Shown piece by piece: positions 25,801 through 35,650 of a stretch of 42,086 bases of DNA. The first letter of the stretch is position 1. Every line of letters starts with the position of its first letter. The position numbers were made by a program, and so were the translations under genes. Origin of the DNA: Chiloscyllium plagiosum (taxonomy: Eukaryota). The notes under the pieces are model-generated. The model searched no databases and was not told the DNA's origin. It worked only from the letters and a program-made list of their open reading frames with translations. The DNA lies in assembly GCF_004010195.1 (NCBI RefSeq), contig NC_057741.1, positions 3,380,742 to 3,422,827 on the forward strand, given 5' to 3'.

Positions 25801-25992
25801 CTGGGAGATGGCCACACCTGGCTGGGAGATGGCCACACCAGGCAGAGAGATGGCCAGGCCAGGCTGGGAGATGGCCACACCAGGCTGGGAGATGGCCAGG
25901 CCAGGCTGGGAGATGGCCACACCGCTGGGAGAGATGGCCACACCAGGCTGGGAGATGGCCACACCAGGCAGAGAGATGGCCAGGCCAGGCTG
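22880..25992. repeat. 21-bp GC-rich minisatellite, ~148 units, with higher-order variant pattern
   Basis: Unit G(C/T)(TGG/AGA)GAGATGGCCA(CA/GG)CC(A/T)G; 1-bp insertion at ~25740. Confidence 0.98.
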
Positions 25993-26010
25993 AGAGGATG
26001 CTTCGCTGGG

Positions 26011-26283
26011 TCATAGAATCATAGAATCCCTACAGTGTGGAAACAGGCCCTTCAACCCAACAAGTCCACACTGACCTTCCAAAGAGTAACCTATCCATTC
26101 CCTTACACTAATATCCTATGACCAATGCACATCCCTGAATGCTGTGAGCAATTTTGCACATCTTTGGATTGTGGGAGGAAACGGGAGCACCCGGAGGAAA
26201 CCCTCGCAGACACGAGGAGAATGTGCAAATTCCACACAGACAGTTGCCTGAGGCTGGAATCGGACCTGAGTCAATGCTGAGGC
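26011..26283 (-). mobile_element. HE1-type SINE (head truncated)
   Basis: TCATAGAA-type tail; reverse-complement core as in the other copies. Confidence 0.88.
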
Positions 26284-26404
26284 CAAGCATCCAAAGCTGA
26301 GAAGAAAGAAGACAGAAGAAAATATTTGGAAATCGCTAAACTCTTCATAAATATGTTTCACCGCAATTTGTCATGCCTAGAGATAATAACAAGCTATTTT
26401 TAAA

Positions 26405-26740
26405 AAAAGAACTACATTTGTACAGCACTTTTCATGACTACTGTACATTTTTTAAACACTTTACTGAGAATGAAGTATTTTTCAAAGTTTTTTGCAACCA
26501 GCGTTGTAATGCAGGAAACTTGACGGCTAATTTGAATGCAGCAAACTCTGAAAAGCAGCAATGTACAAAAATACAATATTTTTCACCCAGTCAAGTTTGC
26601 AGATGGAGTCTCAGTTTAACATTTCATCCAAAAGGCAACATCTTTAACAGACTCTAGCGGGTTACCCTGAATTTCCATGTTGACACCCAAAGAGGGATTT
26701 GAACCTTGAGTCAAAGAGGAAAGATAAAAGTCCCTCAGCC
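26405..26740 (-). mobile_element. Old Deu-domain-like SINE remnant
   Basis: Shares CTCAGTTTAAC...CCAAAAGGCA and TTGAACC blocks with 30860-31220. Confidence 0.45.
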
Positions 26741-26768
26741 TGTCAAGTCTGCATTTGTCAAAAATAAA

Positions 26769-26965
26769 GTTAAAAATCACACAACACCAGGTTATAGTCC
26801 AACAGGTTTATTTGGAAGCACTAGCTTTCAAAGAGCTGCTCCTTCAACAGGTGGAGGAGCAGTGCTCCGAAAGCTAGTGCTTCCAAATAAACCTGTTGGA
26901 CTATAACCTGGTGTTGTGTGATTTTTAATGGTGTAAACTTCACTCCAACATCGGCATCTCCAAAC
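26769..26965. mobile_element. Fold-back (inverted) double-pLTR mini-element with 15-bp TSD
   Basis: TSD TTTGTCAAAAATAAA at 26754-26768 and 26966-26980; 60-bp inverted arms 26770-26829 / 26869-26928 matching the 21172-21231 pLTR. Confidence 0.88.
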
Positions 26966-26999
26966 TTTGTCAAAAATAAACATCTAATTATTCTTATCC

Positions 27000-27440
27000 C
27001 GTTTCCCAGCACTTAGTCCATAGCCTTGTATGTCTTGGCATTGAACGTTCACATCTAACCACTTCTTAAATGTTTTGAGAGTTTCTGCCTCATTGAGTTC
27101 CAGATTCTTATCACCCTCAGTGAATTTGTTTCCCCTCACATCTTCTCCTTAAATTTATACTCCCTGATCATTGCTCACTCCACCAAGGGGAAACGATTCT
27201 TCCTCTCTACCCTATCTCTGACTTTTCAGAATTTTAGGTGACTCAGTTTCCTCTGCTCCAAGGAAAGCAACATCAGCCTGTCCAATCTTCCTTCATAATT
27301 AAAACTCTCCAACCCAGGCAACATCTTGGTAAATCTTCTCTGCACCTTCTCCAGTGCCAGCACATCCCTCCTATAAGATGAATTTCAGAACTTCCTACAT
27401 TACCGTAGTTGTGGTCTGCCCATCATTTTATATAGTTCCA
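27000..27440 (-). mobile_element. Old CR1 3' fragment
   Basis: Reverse complement encodes ALEKVQRRFTKMLPGLESFNYEGRLDRLMLLSLEQRKL. Confidence 0.75.
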
Positions 27441-27449
27441 AACTAGGAC

Positions 27450-28530
27450 CCTGTAAGTAGGAGGTGAGTGTAACTAACAGCCGAACTGCTGAGGAGTTAA
27501 TGTTGGGCTGGAACGCTCTCTTCTCTTCTTGAATGGTACTAGAAGATCTAATAAACTCTTTGTTTGAAATGTATCTAATATTTCCTCTTCTAGTCTGATG
27601 CTGCTACTTAGCCTGAACATAGGTTCTGGATAAAACACGCACCTATCATTGTCACATTTCAGTAACATGTCTTATAACTTTTAATGACAAACAAAATCAA
27701 ATGCTTTTTCATGATCTATGAAGGATATATAATGATTCTTGTTTACTTCTGGGTAGTCATTGAAAATTGTTCTGAGATTAACTAGCACTGCTGCCTCACA
27801 GCGCCAGAGACCCGGGTTCAATTCCCGCCTCAGGTGACTGACTGCGTGGAGTTTGCACGTTCTCCCCGTGTCTGCGTGGGTTTCCTCCGGGTGCTCCGGT
27901 TTCCTCCCACAGTCCAAAGATGTGCAGGTCAGGTGAATTGGCCATGCTAAATTGCCCATAGTGTTAGGTAAGGGGTAAATGTAGGGGTATGGGTGGGTTT
28001 CGCTTCGGCAGGTCGGTGTGGACTTGTTGGGCCGAAGGGCCTGTTTCCACACTGTAATGTAATGTAATCTAATCTAATCTAAAGATCCTCCTTCTTATTT
28101 TCGCTCCAGGTCCAAATCCAGGCTGTGTTTTATTATTTTCTGCTTCAAATCCCTTATTATTATTATTCATATTTCTCGCTATTATCATTTTCAAGCTCAC
28201 TTCAATGAGGTGGCTGATGAAGCTTTCAGTTCTAAACTCCATGTTTCTGAAATAATTAATAGATAGTGAATATTTCAAGGTTACTTGGAATAAATTCTTT
28301 GGTATATATTTAATCACAGATTTCTGTTCTGATTTCTAATTCTTTTCTCTCTAAGTGCTTTTCGACGTTCTGCTCTTATTTCATCCATTTAGCCTGGAGT
28401 TTTTATCATACTCATCAGTTTCAAAGCATTATTTACCTTTGATTACATAATATTTGGACCTTAATTCTCTTCAAATATCTTGAGGACCCTCTCCATTTGA
28501 ATCATTTTACAATTTGCTGAGTACGATGAA
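27450..28530 (-). mobile_element. Degenerate RTE-clade LINE RT fragment, interrupted by an HE1 SINE
   Basis: YISFIDHEKAFDFVCH, FRTESFISHLIEVSLKMI, TQPGFGPG. Confidence 0.65.
27783..28081 (+). mobile_element. Young HE1-type SINE, slightly 5'-truncated
   Basis: Near-identical to 11838-12146; (CTAAT)n tail. Confidence 0.93.
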
Positions 28531-28557
28531 ATTGAAAAGAGAATGACAAATATAAAT

Positions 28558-29641
28558 ATCATGATTTGGAGATGCCGGTGTTGGACTGGGGTGTACAAAG
28601 TTAAAAATCACACAATGCCAGGTTATAGTCCAACAGGTTTAATTGGAAGCACTAGCTTTCGGAGCGCTGCTCCTTCATCAGGTGATAGTGGAGGATACAA
28701 TTGTAAGACACAGAATTTATAGCAAAAGTCTACAGTGTGATGTAACTGAAATTATACATTGAAGAATACCTTGATTGTTTGTTGAGTCTCTCATCTGTTC
28801 GAATACAGTGATAGTTTCACTTCTTTCATGTGTAAATCACAAAACTTATTTTAAAAGTTACATTCTCAGGTTAACTGTAACAATTGGGGTCAGCCAGATA
28901 AGATGTTAAGATGTTGAAGGTGTTAGCCCCCTGTGTTCTCTGTCTGTGCCATGATGTTTAGATTGATTCTAATCTAAAAAGTGAGTCTTACGTGGATTCA
29001 TGCAGTTTTTGAGCAAAGTACAATGTAACTCTGCAAGTACAAATTCTCCCCACAAACCAATATGTGTATTTGTGCATGTGGGTTTTTTTTTGTGTGTGTA
29101 TGTGTGTGTGTGTCTGTGTTTGTGTGTGTGTGTCTGTTTGTCTGAGATGGGGAGTTGTGAGTGTCTGTGAGAGAGAGTGTATATGTGTGGATGAGTGTAA
29201 AGTGTCTAAGTCTGTGAGAGGATGCCTGTGTATCTGTGGGGGTGTGTGTGTCTGTAGGAGTATGTGTGTGTGTGTGTGTGTGTGTTCATGCAGTTTTTGA
29301 GCAAAGTACAATGTAACTCTGCAAGTACAAATTCATCCCACAAACATATCTGTGTATGTGTGCATGTGGGTTTGTGTGTGCGTATGTGGCTGTGTGTCTA
29401 TGTTAGGGGATTGTGAGTGTGAGAGAGAGAGTGTGTATGTGAATGTAAAGAGTCTAAGTCTGCGAGAGGATGCATGTGTGAGTGTGGGAGTGTGTGTGTC
29501 TGTAGGAGTGTGTGTGTGGGTGTGTCTGGGGTAGGGGGCTGTGTCTGTGAGAGAGAGTGTATATGTCTGTAGGAGTGTGTGTAAGTGTCTGTGTGCGTGT
29601 CTGTATATACGTGTGTGTGTATGTGTGTGTATAGGAGTCCC

Positions 29642-29676
<35 letters not shown>

Positions 29677-29936
29677 ATAGTGCAATGGTGGTCACCTGTA
29701 ATGTGATGTGAACCCAAGGTCCCAGTTGAGGCCCTCCCTATGGGTATGGAACTTAGCTATCAGCCTCTGCTCGGCCACTTTTCGTTTTTGCCTGTCCCGA
29801 ACTCCGCCTTGGAGGATGGTCACCCAAAGGTCCGAGGCTGAATGTCCTGGACCACTGAAGTGTTCCCCAACTGGGAGGGAACCCTCCTGTCTGTTGATTG
29901 TTGTGCGGTGCCCATTCATCCGTTGTCGTAGCCTTT
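28558..29936 (-). mobile_element. Second 5'-truncated copy of the same Penelope-like family, inverted relative to the first
   Basis: MNGHRTTINRQEGSLPVGEHFSGPGHS...GLNWDLGFTSHYR; TG-rich linker with an internal ~290-bp duplication; same pLTR end. Confidence 0.9.
28650..28684 (-). ncRNA. Minimal hammerhead ribozyme (intact core)
   Basis: Reverse complement CAC-CTGATGA-A-GGAGC-AGC-GCTCC-GAA-AGCT-A-GTG. Confidence 0.85.
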
Positions 29937-30561
29937 TGGAATTCTAAAGAGAAATGGTATAATGAGATGTCTGATAAACTAGTGGAGCTGGAAAGAAATC
30001 ACATAATGGAAGTTATGTACCAGAAGGTGAAATCTTTAGCCAATGTAAGGAAGTGGCTAACAACACAAGATAGGTACATAGAAGGAAGATAGCTAACTAC
30101 ACCTAACAGAGACCTAGAAGAGAAAGACAGCAAACTATTGCTGAAAGGATGCAGGAGCAAAGCAATTGACAGAATGCACAGCCTTTTATAACGTAGTTAT
30201 TTAGTAAACTTCAAATCCCCAGAGGCAATCACCTCCACAGTTGCTGAGTTTAGGTGATTGGTCACCACCTAAATCAGGAAGAGGGCCACCCCTCAGGAAT
30301 GTATCGTGTTGCTGGTATCTCTTTCCAAATGCATAAAGGGAAGGCCCCACAGTGGGAGCTGGGTGTACAGAGAGCCTCATTGATCCTCAATCTGCTTAGC
30401 AAGGACCACTCTCGCTGCAGGAGTTGCAAAAGTAAGACTCAGTACAAATTGTTAGGGACTGCACTGACCACATTCTGAAGAAAGCAGGAAGGAAAAAGGT
30501 TTTCATTAATATAACACAATGAACTCTCAACAGCCCAAAGTAGATTGCAGCCAATTAAACA

Positions 30562-30848
30562 GGGCAGCACGGTGGTTCAGTGGTTAGGACTGCTGCCTCA
30601 CAGCACCAGGTCTCAGGCTCGATTCCAGCCTTGGGTGACTGTCTGTGTAGAGTTTGCACTTTCTCCCTGTATCTGTCTGTGTTTCTTCCCAAGGTCCAAA
30701 GATGTGCAGGTCAGATGAATTGGCCATGTTGAGTTGCCCATAGTGTTAAGTGCACCTTTCAGAGGGTTTGGGTGGGTTACTCTTTGGAGGATTGGTGTGG
30801 ACTGGCTGGGCCAAAGGGCCTGTTTCCACACTGCAGGGAATCTAATCT
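30562..30848 (+). mobile_element. HE1-type SINE nested in an older SINE
   Basis: Head GGGCAGCACGGTGGTTCAGTGGTTAG; TCTAA tail. Confidence 0.88.
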
Positions 30849-30854
30849 AAACAA

Positions 30855-31220
30855 TCTTGGAAGTGTAGTCACTAGAATAATATAGGAAACACACCAGCAA
30901 TTTGTACATACTGAGATCTACAAGCAGACATATGGTCATAATCTCTTGGCTGAGTAGCAGACAGGGGCAGGGCATTAGGGAAAGTTCTATCCTTTTACTC
31001 CCAATAGTGCCATGGCAAATTTTTACATGCATACAAAAGGGCAGATAGGAGCTCAGTTTAATGTCTATCTGAAGGATGGGTACCTCCCACAGCACAGCAG
31101 AGCACCTCTCTGCCTCTGCACTGGAACATTAGCTGGGCTACCTGCTCAAGCCTTTAAAATGGTTCTTGAACCAAGGACCTTCCCATCACAGAGGCAAGAG
31201 TGTGATCCATTGCACCATTG
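30855..31220 (-). mobile_element. Deu-domain (AmnSINE1/SacSINE1-like) SINE remnant
   Basis: Blocks GAAGTGTAGTCACT, AATAGTGCCATGG, CTCAGTTTAATGTC, TGCACTGGAA and a B-box-like CTTGAACC, recognised from memory of Deu-SINE consensus. Confidence 0.55.
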
Positions 31221-31744
31221 CTGGCAATCTATATGCAGCTTTCCCATTCTCCACAGTTCTACCTCACAGCTTTGAACTAATTCCTTATTAATAGGCTGCC
31301 TCCGGTTTCACATACTTTCATTTTTGCCTGTTGTCCTTTCTGTGTTGATCCTCAATGAGAACTTTGTCGGGGTCCATGGAGTTTCCTTTATCGATCTCAT
31401 TAGTAATCATTAGTAAGTTTATCTCTCGGAATAGTTCACTTTTTGAGGGTTCAAATTGAGAGGCAGAGAAGTCATATTAAGCTTATTTAAGTCTCACTTA
31501 ACTGAATCCTGTGCGCATTTCTGGTCTCCATATTATAAAAGAGACATGAAGGTACAAAATAGACTTGAGAGGATGATACTAGATTTTGTTTTTTAAAATG
31601 TCCACAATCAAAAACAGGTTAGCTGGCATCTTGTTTCTACAATGAAGCCACTTCTTAAAATGGAACAGAAACTAGCTCGGAGTTATTAAAGGAAACAAAC
31701 TCATAAGGCAGGCAAAAGCAGTTTGCTCTTTCATTTTGGTTAAG

Positions 31745-31874
31745 CTACTGTTGAGGCCAATTGAGCAGCTGCCACTGTCAAGGAAGGTCATTGCAGTCCA
31801 CAGTCCCACGATGAACAATAAGGATATGCTGAGGATACTTGCAACAATTCTATTTTACACAGCTCTTTCGGAAG
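31745..31874 (+). CDS. Candidate internal exon of an unidentified host gene
   Basis: Pyrimidine tract + AG, open frame LLLRPIEQLPLSRKVIAVHSPTMNNKDMLRILATILFYTALSE, strong donor AAG|GTAAGG. An alternative acceptor at 31862 would give a 12-nt exon. Confidence 0.3.
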
Positions 31875-33380
31875 GTAAGGTTTTAACTATCATTATAATT
31901 ATGGCATTATGATGAGCAAATACTTCCTGTTTTGTTAGCTCAGAGATACAGGAAGACAGCCTTCTATATGATAATTACACCCAGCATCTTTGAGCCGTAA
32001 AGATACCTTTGGGCCGTAAGGATACTTGTACGGGAATTTGTCAAAGCTCATCACCATAAACAGTACAGATTAAATTTTCAATGACTATGAACATCGATGT
32101 GGTGCATCACATCATGTGACCGCTTTCTTGAAAGCAAAAAGAAAATGGCCCCTTTATACGTAATTAAGATGCAGACAACATCAAGGAAAAATTGTTAATT
32201 TACCTGACAGCTATTTCTACCATGTCTAAACATACATGTCAAATGTATCTGTTAGCCCAGTTGTTAAAATAATTTTAGTTTTTCATCACAACTCAGTAAG
32301 TGTAGATTAAGCAGAAGCTCCTGTGACTATACATCATTGTGTATCTCAAAATAGAAAAAAGGGCAATCATTTCAGTAGAAACTATTCTTTTAATATCTGA
32401 GCTGTTTCAAAGATGTTGGTTAATATTAATATTACATATTAATCTTCTCACTGCGAAAACCTCTCAGCTCATCTTTGAATAATTTCATAAAAATTTGTTT
32501 TTCTGCTGTGAGCATAAACTAGTGCAGAATACTTCTGTTCAACAGAAGAAAATGACAATGGGAACCTCTTTGTACAATATTGTAAGTCACACCAAAAAGC
32601 ATGTTCTGAAATTATTTTAAAACTCTCTTAATGAAGGAGTGTATGTTATAGTTAGACCCACAAGGATTATGAAAGAGGTAGTCCTGAGCTTGTACAGTTT
32701 TTCCGTGATATTCTCTCTCTTTTGGGCTCGCACTTAGCCTCAGCTGGATGTCTCCAGTTTCTGAAGTTAAAGATTGCAATGTTAAAGACTGCTTCCATCA
32801 ACACATTGCACAAACTAGTAACTTTATTTATTAATTTGTATACTTCATTAGTCAGGTTCACATACTCTCCAACTTGCTGTTTCTTTTTGAGAGGAAGTGG
32901 CCTTGCTCAGTACATGTTTTGGACAGATCAGCTTATATAAGAATGTTTAATTGTTTAACATGCATCTAATGTCTCCATCAGTACATTAACAAGTCAGTAC
33001 ATTGGCTGGCAGTCGCCTCCACTTGATTATCACACAAAATTACCGGAAAGATGATCAGATCAGGTCCTGAATAGTCTAATTCAGTTGTACATCCAAGCCT
33101 TGGATAAAGTTTAAAACTAGAGAAGATACAGCTGCTGATGAACTATTGTAGTTTATAATCACCTAAGTTCCAAAATGTGCCAAATGTGATCAAATTCATC
33201 CATCTCTTTTGTAGGCTCAGACAAATCTGCAAAGTTCATCAGCATACAGGATACTTTTTACTTTAACTTTATCCAATAGTCTTGTCATTCTCTTTCTTTG
33301 TATTCTCAAGGCAGGCTAGAAAAGCAGTGGCCTGGGAAAGCCCAAAACAGATAATGGACGCTGCAAAGCAATATAAACAA

Positions 33381-33489
33381 GGTTTAATGTAAGAGATAAA
33401 GACAGGGTTTAATGTAAGAGATATGGACAGGATTTAATGTAAGAGATATGGACAGGGTTTAATGTAAGAGATATGGACAGGGTTTAATG
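33381..33489 (+). repeat. 25-bp tandem repeat x4 derived from CR1 RT sequence
   Basis: GGTTTAATGTAAGAGATATGGACAG units at 33381, 33406, 33431 and 33456. Confidence 0.9.
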
Positions 33490-34500
33490 AGTGCGCAAGA
33501 TGTTGGGTGGAGAGCACCTTGAAAGTGGAAAAACATTTTCTTTTAACTTCAGCAAAAAACTTTTAAACGTTGCTCTTGAGAGACCTGGGCACACTTGTGC
33601 ATAAAACACAAAATTAGCATGCAGGAACAGCAAGTAATTAGGAAGGCAAATGGCATTCTGGCATCTATCAAAACGCTTGGAAGTGAAGACTGCAGATGCT
33701 GGAGATTAGAGCTGGAAAAGCACAGCTAGTCAGGCAGCATCCAAGGAGCAGGAGAATCAACATTTCAGGCTTGAATGGCTTATGCCTGAAACATCGATTT
33801 TCCTGCTCTTCGATGCTGCCTGACTAGCTGTGCTTTTCCAGCACCACACTCTTGACATCTATCAATATGGGATTGGAATACAGGAATAACAAAATCATGT
33901 TATAATTTCTTCGGACTTTGGTCAGACCACATCTGGAGAACACTATTTGCCATTTTGGTCTCAAAATCACAGGAAGAATATATTTGCCTTGGAGGCAATG
34001 CAACAAAGTTTGATTCTTGGGATGTGAGGATTTCTGAGAAGAGCTGTCTGTGTGGAGTTTGTACGTTCTCCCCGTGTCTGTGTGGGTTTCCTCCGGGTGC
34101 TCCAGTTTCCTCCCGCAGTCCAAAGATGTGCAGGTCAGGTGAATTGGCCGTGCTAAATTGCCCACAATGTTAGGTGCATTAGGCAGAGGGGCAGTGTACA
34201 TTTAAGCTTATCTCTGAAAGAAGCAGAGGAGATGTCATTGAAGCATACAAGACTTTGAAAGAGCATTTGAAGGGTCTTGACTAAGTACACATTGGCATTT
34301 TTATGTCCCTTAGTTGGGTACTCCTGAACACAGGCTACGGTTTCAAGATAAAGGATCAATCATTTCGGATTTAGATAAGGAGAAATCTCTAAATGCAGAG
34401 AGTGGTGAATGATTGGAACTATTGGGTATATTCAGGGCTGGGATAGATTTTTAATCTCTTCAGGATTGATAAGACATGGAGATTGTGGTAAAAAATGGAG
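33490..34500 (+). mobile_element. Old CR1 fragment carrying nested inserts
   Basis: AGGAAGGCAAATGGCATTCTGGC (RKANGILA), GGTCAGACCACATCTGGAG (VRPHLE); partial HE1 SINE at ~34044-34188. Confidence 0.75.
33672..33855. mobile_element. Fold-back double-pLTR mini-element (second PLE family) with 10-bp TSD
   Basis: TSD CATCTATCAA at 33662-33671 and 33856-33865; inverted arms include a perfect 31-bp pair (33711-33741 / 33812-33842); HHR remnants in the loop. Confidence 0.82.
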
Positions 34501-35543
34501 CCTTTGCAGAAGAGCAGACGTGCAGTCTTATTCCAGCGCGAAGGTTTCCTTTGCTTCAGTGACCAGCTATTCCAGCAGCCCAGCAGGCAGTCTCATACAA
34601 GAGGGATGGTCTTGGCCCTATGGTCTTCTGTGATGGTGGTTTCCTCCTCTGTATTCCCGTGGCCCAACAATCTCATCCCGGGTCTCTCTTCAGGGTGTCT
34701 ATTCCATTATTCCTTAATTGGCTTTCCCACCAGCCCAGGAGTCATCAATTGAACTGCGATAAACTTTGTCTTAAGTTTACTTCTGTCATTGATGGTGTGG
34801 TGACTTATAAAACTTTTCACTGTAAAAGTACATGTGACAATAAATGTCTATTCTATTCTCGAAGATCAACCATGATTATGCGGCTTGCTCAAAACATGGG
34901 AGGATAAGACAACAGAAATATGACCAAAATATAATTACTTGCAATCCAGGCAAGTCAATTGCCTTTAAAACTAGTTGTCGTGAGCAAGGTACACGCTCAG
35001 GAATTAATTCTTTTTACACAGGTGAAATATTTTAATGATAAAATATAGAATTATTTTTACACATGAGTGACTTACTGGTGGTAGTTAATAGATTAAAAAA
35101 TGCCATGGGTGATTTGGTGATGGAATAAAAACTGCTCAGTTGAGTTTAAGAGCACTTCCAGATATAAAAGCACAATGTTGATGATTAACTATTCAAACTA
35201 ATATTTCTAACAAGTTGCAATTAAAATGAGGATGATGAAATTAATACAAATTTATCGAAATGAAAGCATTTTAAAAAAAAAGGCTTTCAACAAAATCCCC
35301 CTCAAGGTTTGTGAAGAAATCAGGAAATGATAATAAAATAAGTAAAATGGTTTAAATGCACAGAATTATACTAAAAAAAAACAAGTTTTTAGTGAAACGC
35401 ACAAAGCTAAAATACTGGATTTTAAAGCTACATATAAAACAACTGTAAAAAAAAACAAAGTTGTCTCTCTAAGGTTAAGGAAACAAATACAATTCAGTAA
35501 ATCCAAAGCATGAAAGTCCAGAGCATAAGAAAGTATAAGAAAG

Positions 35544-35650
35544 TTCTGAAGAACGGTAGTATTCGACTCGAAACATTAATTCTGTTTCTCTCTAACAGAT
35601 GTTGCTATAGCTACTGAGTATTTCCAGCACTTTCTGTTTTTAGTTCATAT
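35544..35650 (+). mobile_element. Old PLE pLTR remnant with degenerate HHR
   Basis: CTGAAGA-A...GACTC-GAAA-CATTAA followed by CAGATGTTGC...TGAGTATTTCCAGCAC, related to the 9890 element. Confidence 0.55.

Noticed and set aside
22880-25992. CRISPR-like array
   Set aside because: No unique spacers, only a few recurring unit variants; vertebrate context with no cas genes.
22735-26024. Five ~1045-1075 aa ORFs as real genes (including an SPS heptad reminiscent of the Pol II CTD)
   Set aside because: They overlap on both strands, follow from a stop-free 21-bp unit, share a frameshift, and end in CR1 or SINE sequence.
32656-33120. Open frames on both strands and a possible minus-strand exon (FKLYPRLGCTTELDYSGPDLIIFP)
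   Set aside because: No recognisable homology and conflicting strand signals; cannot be supported from sequence alone.
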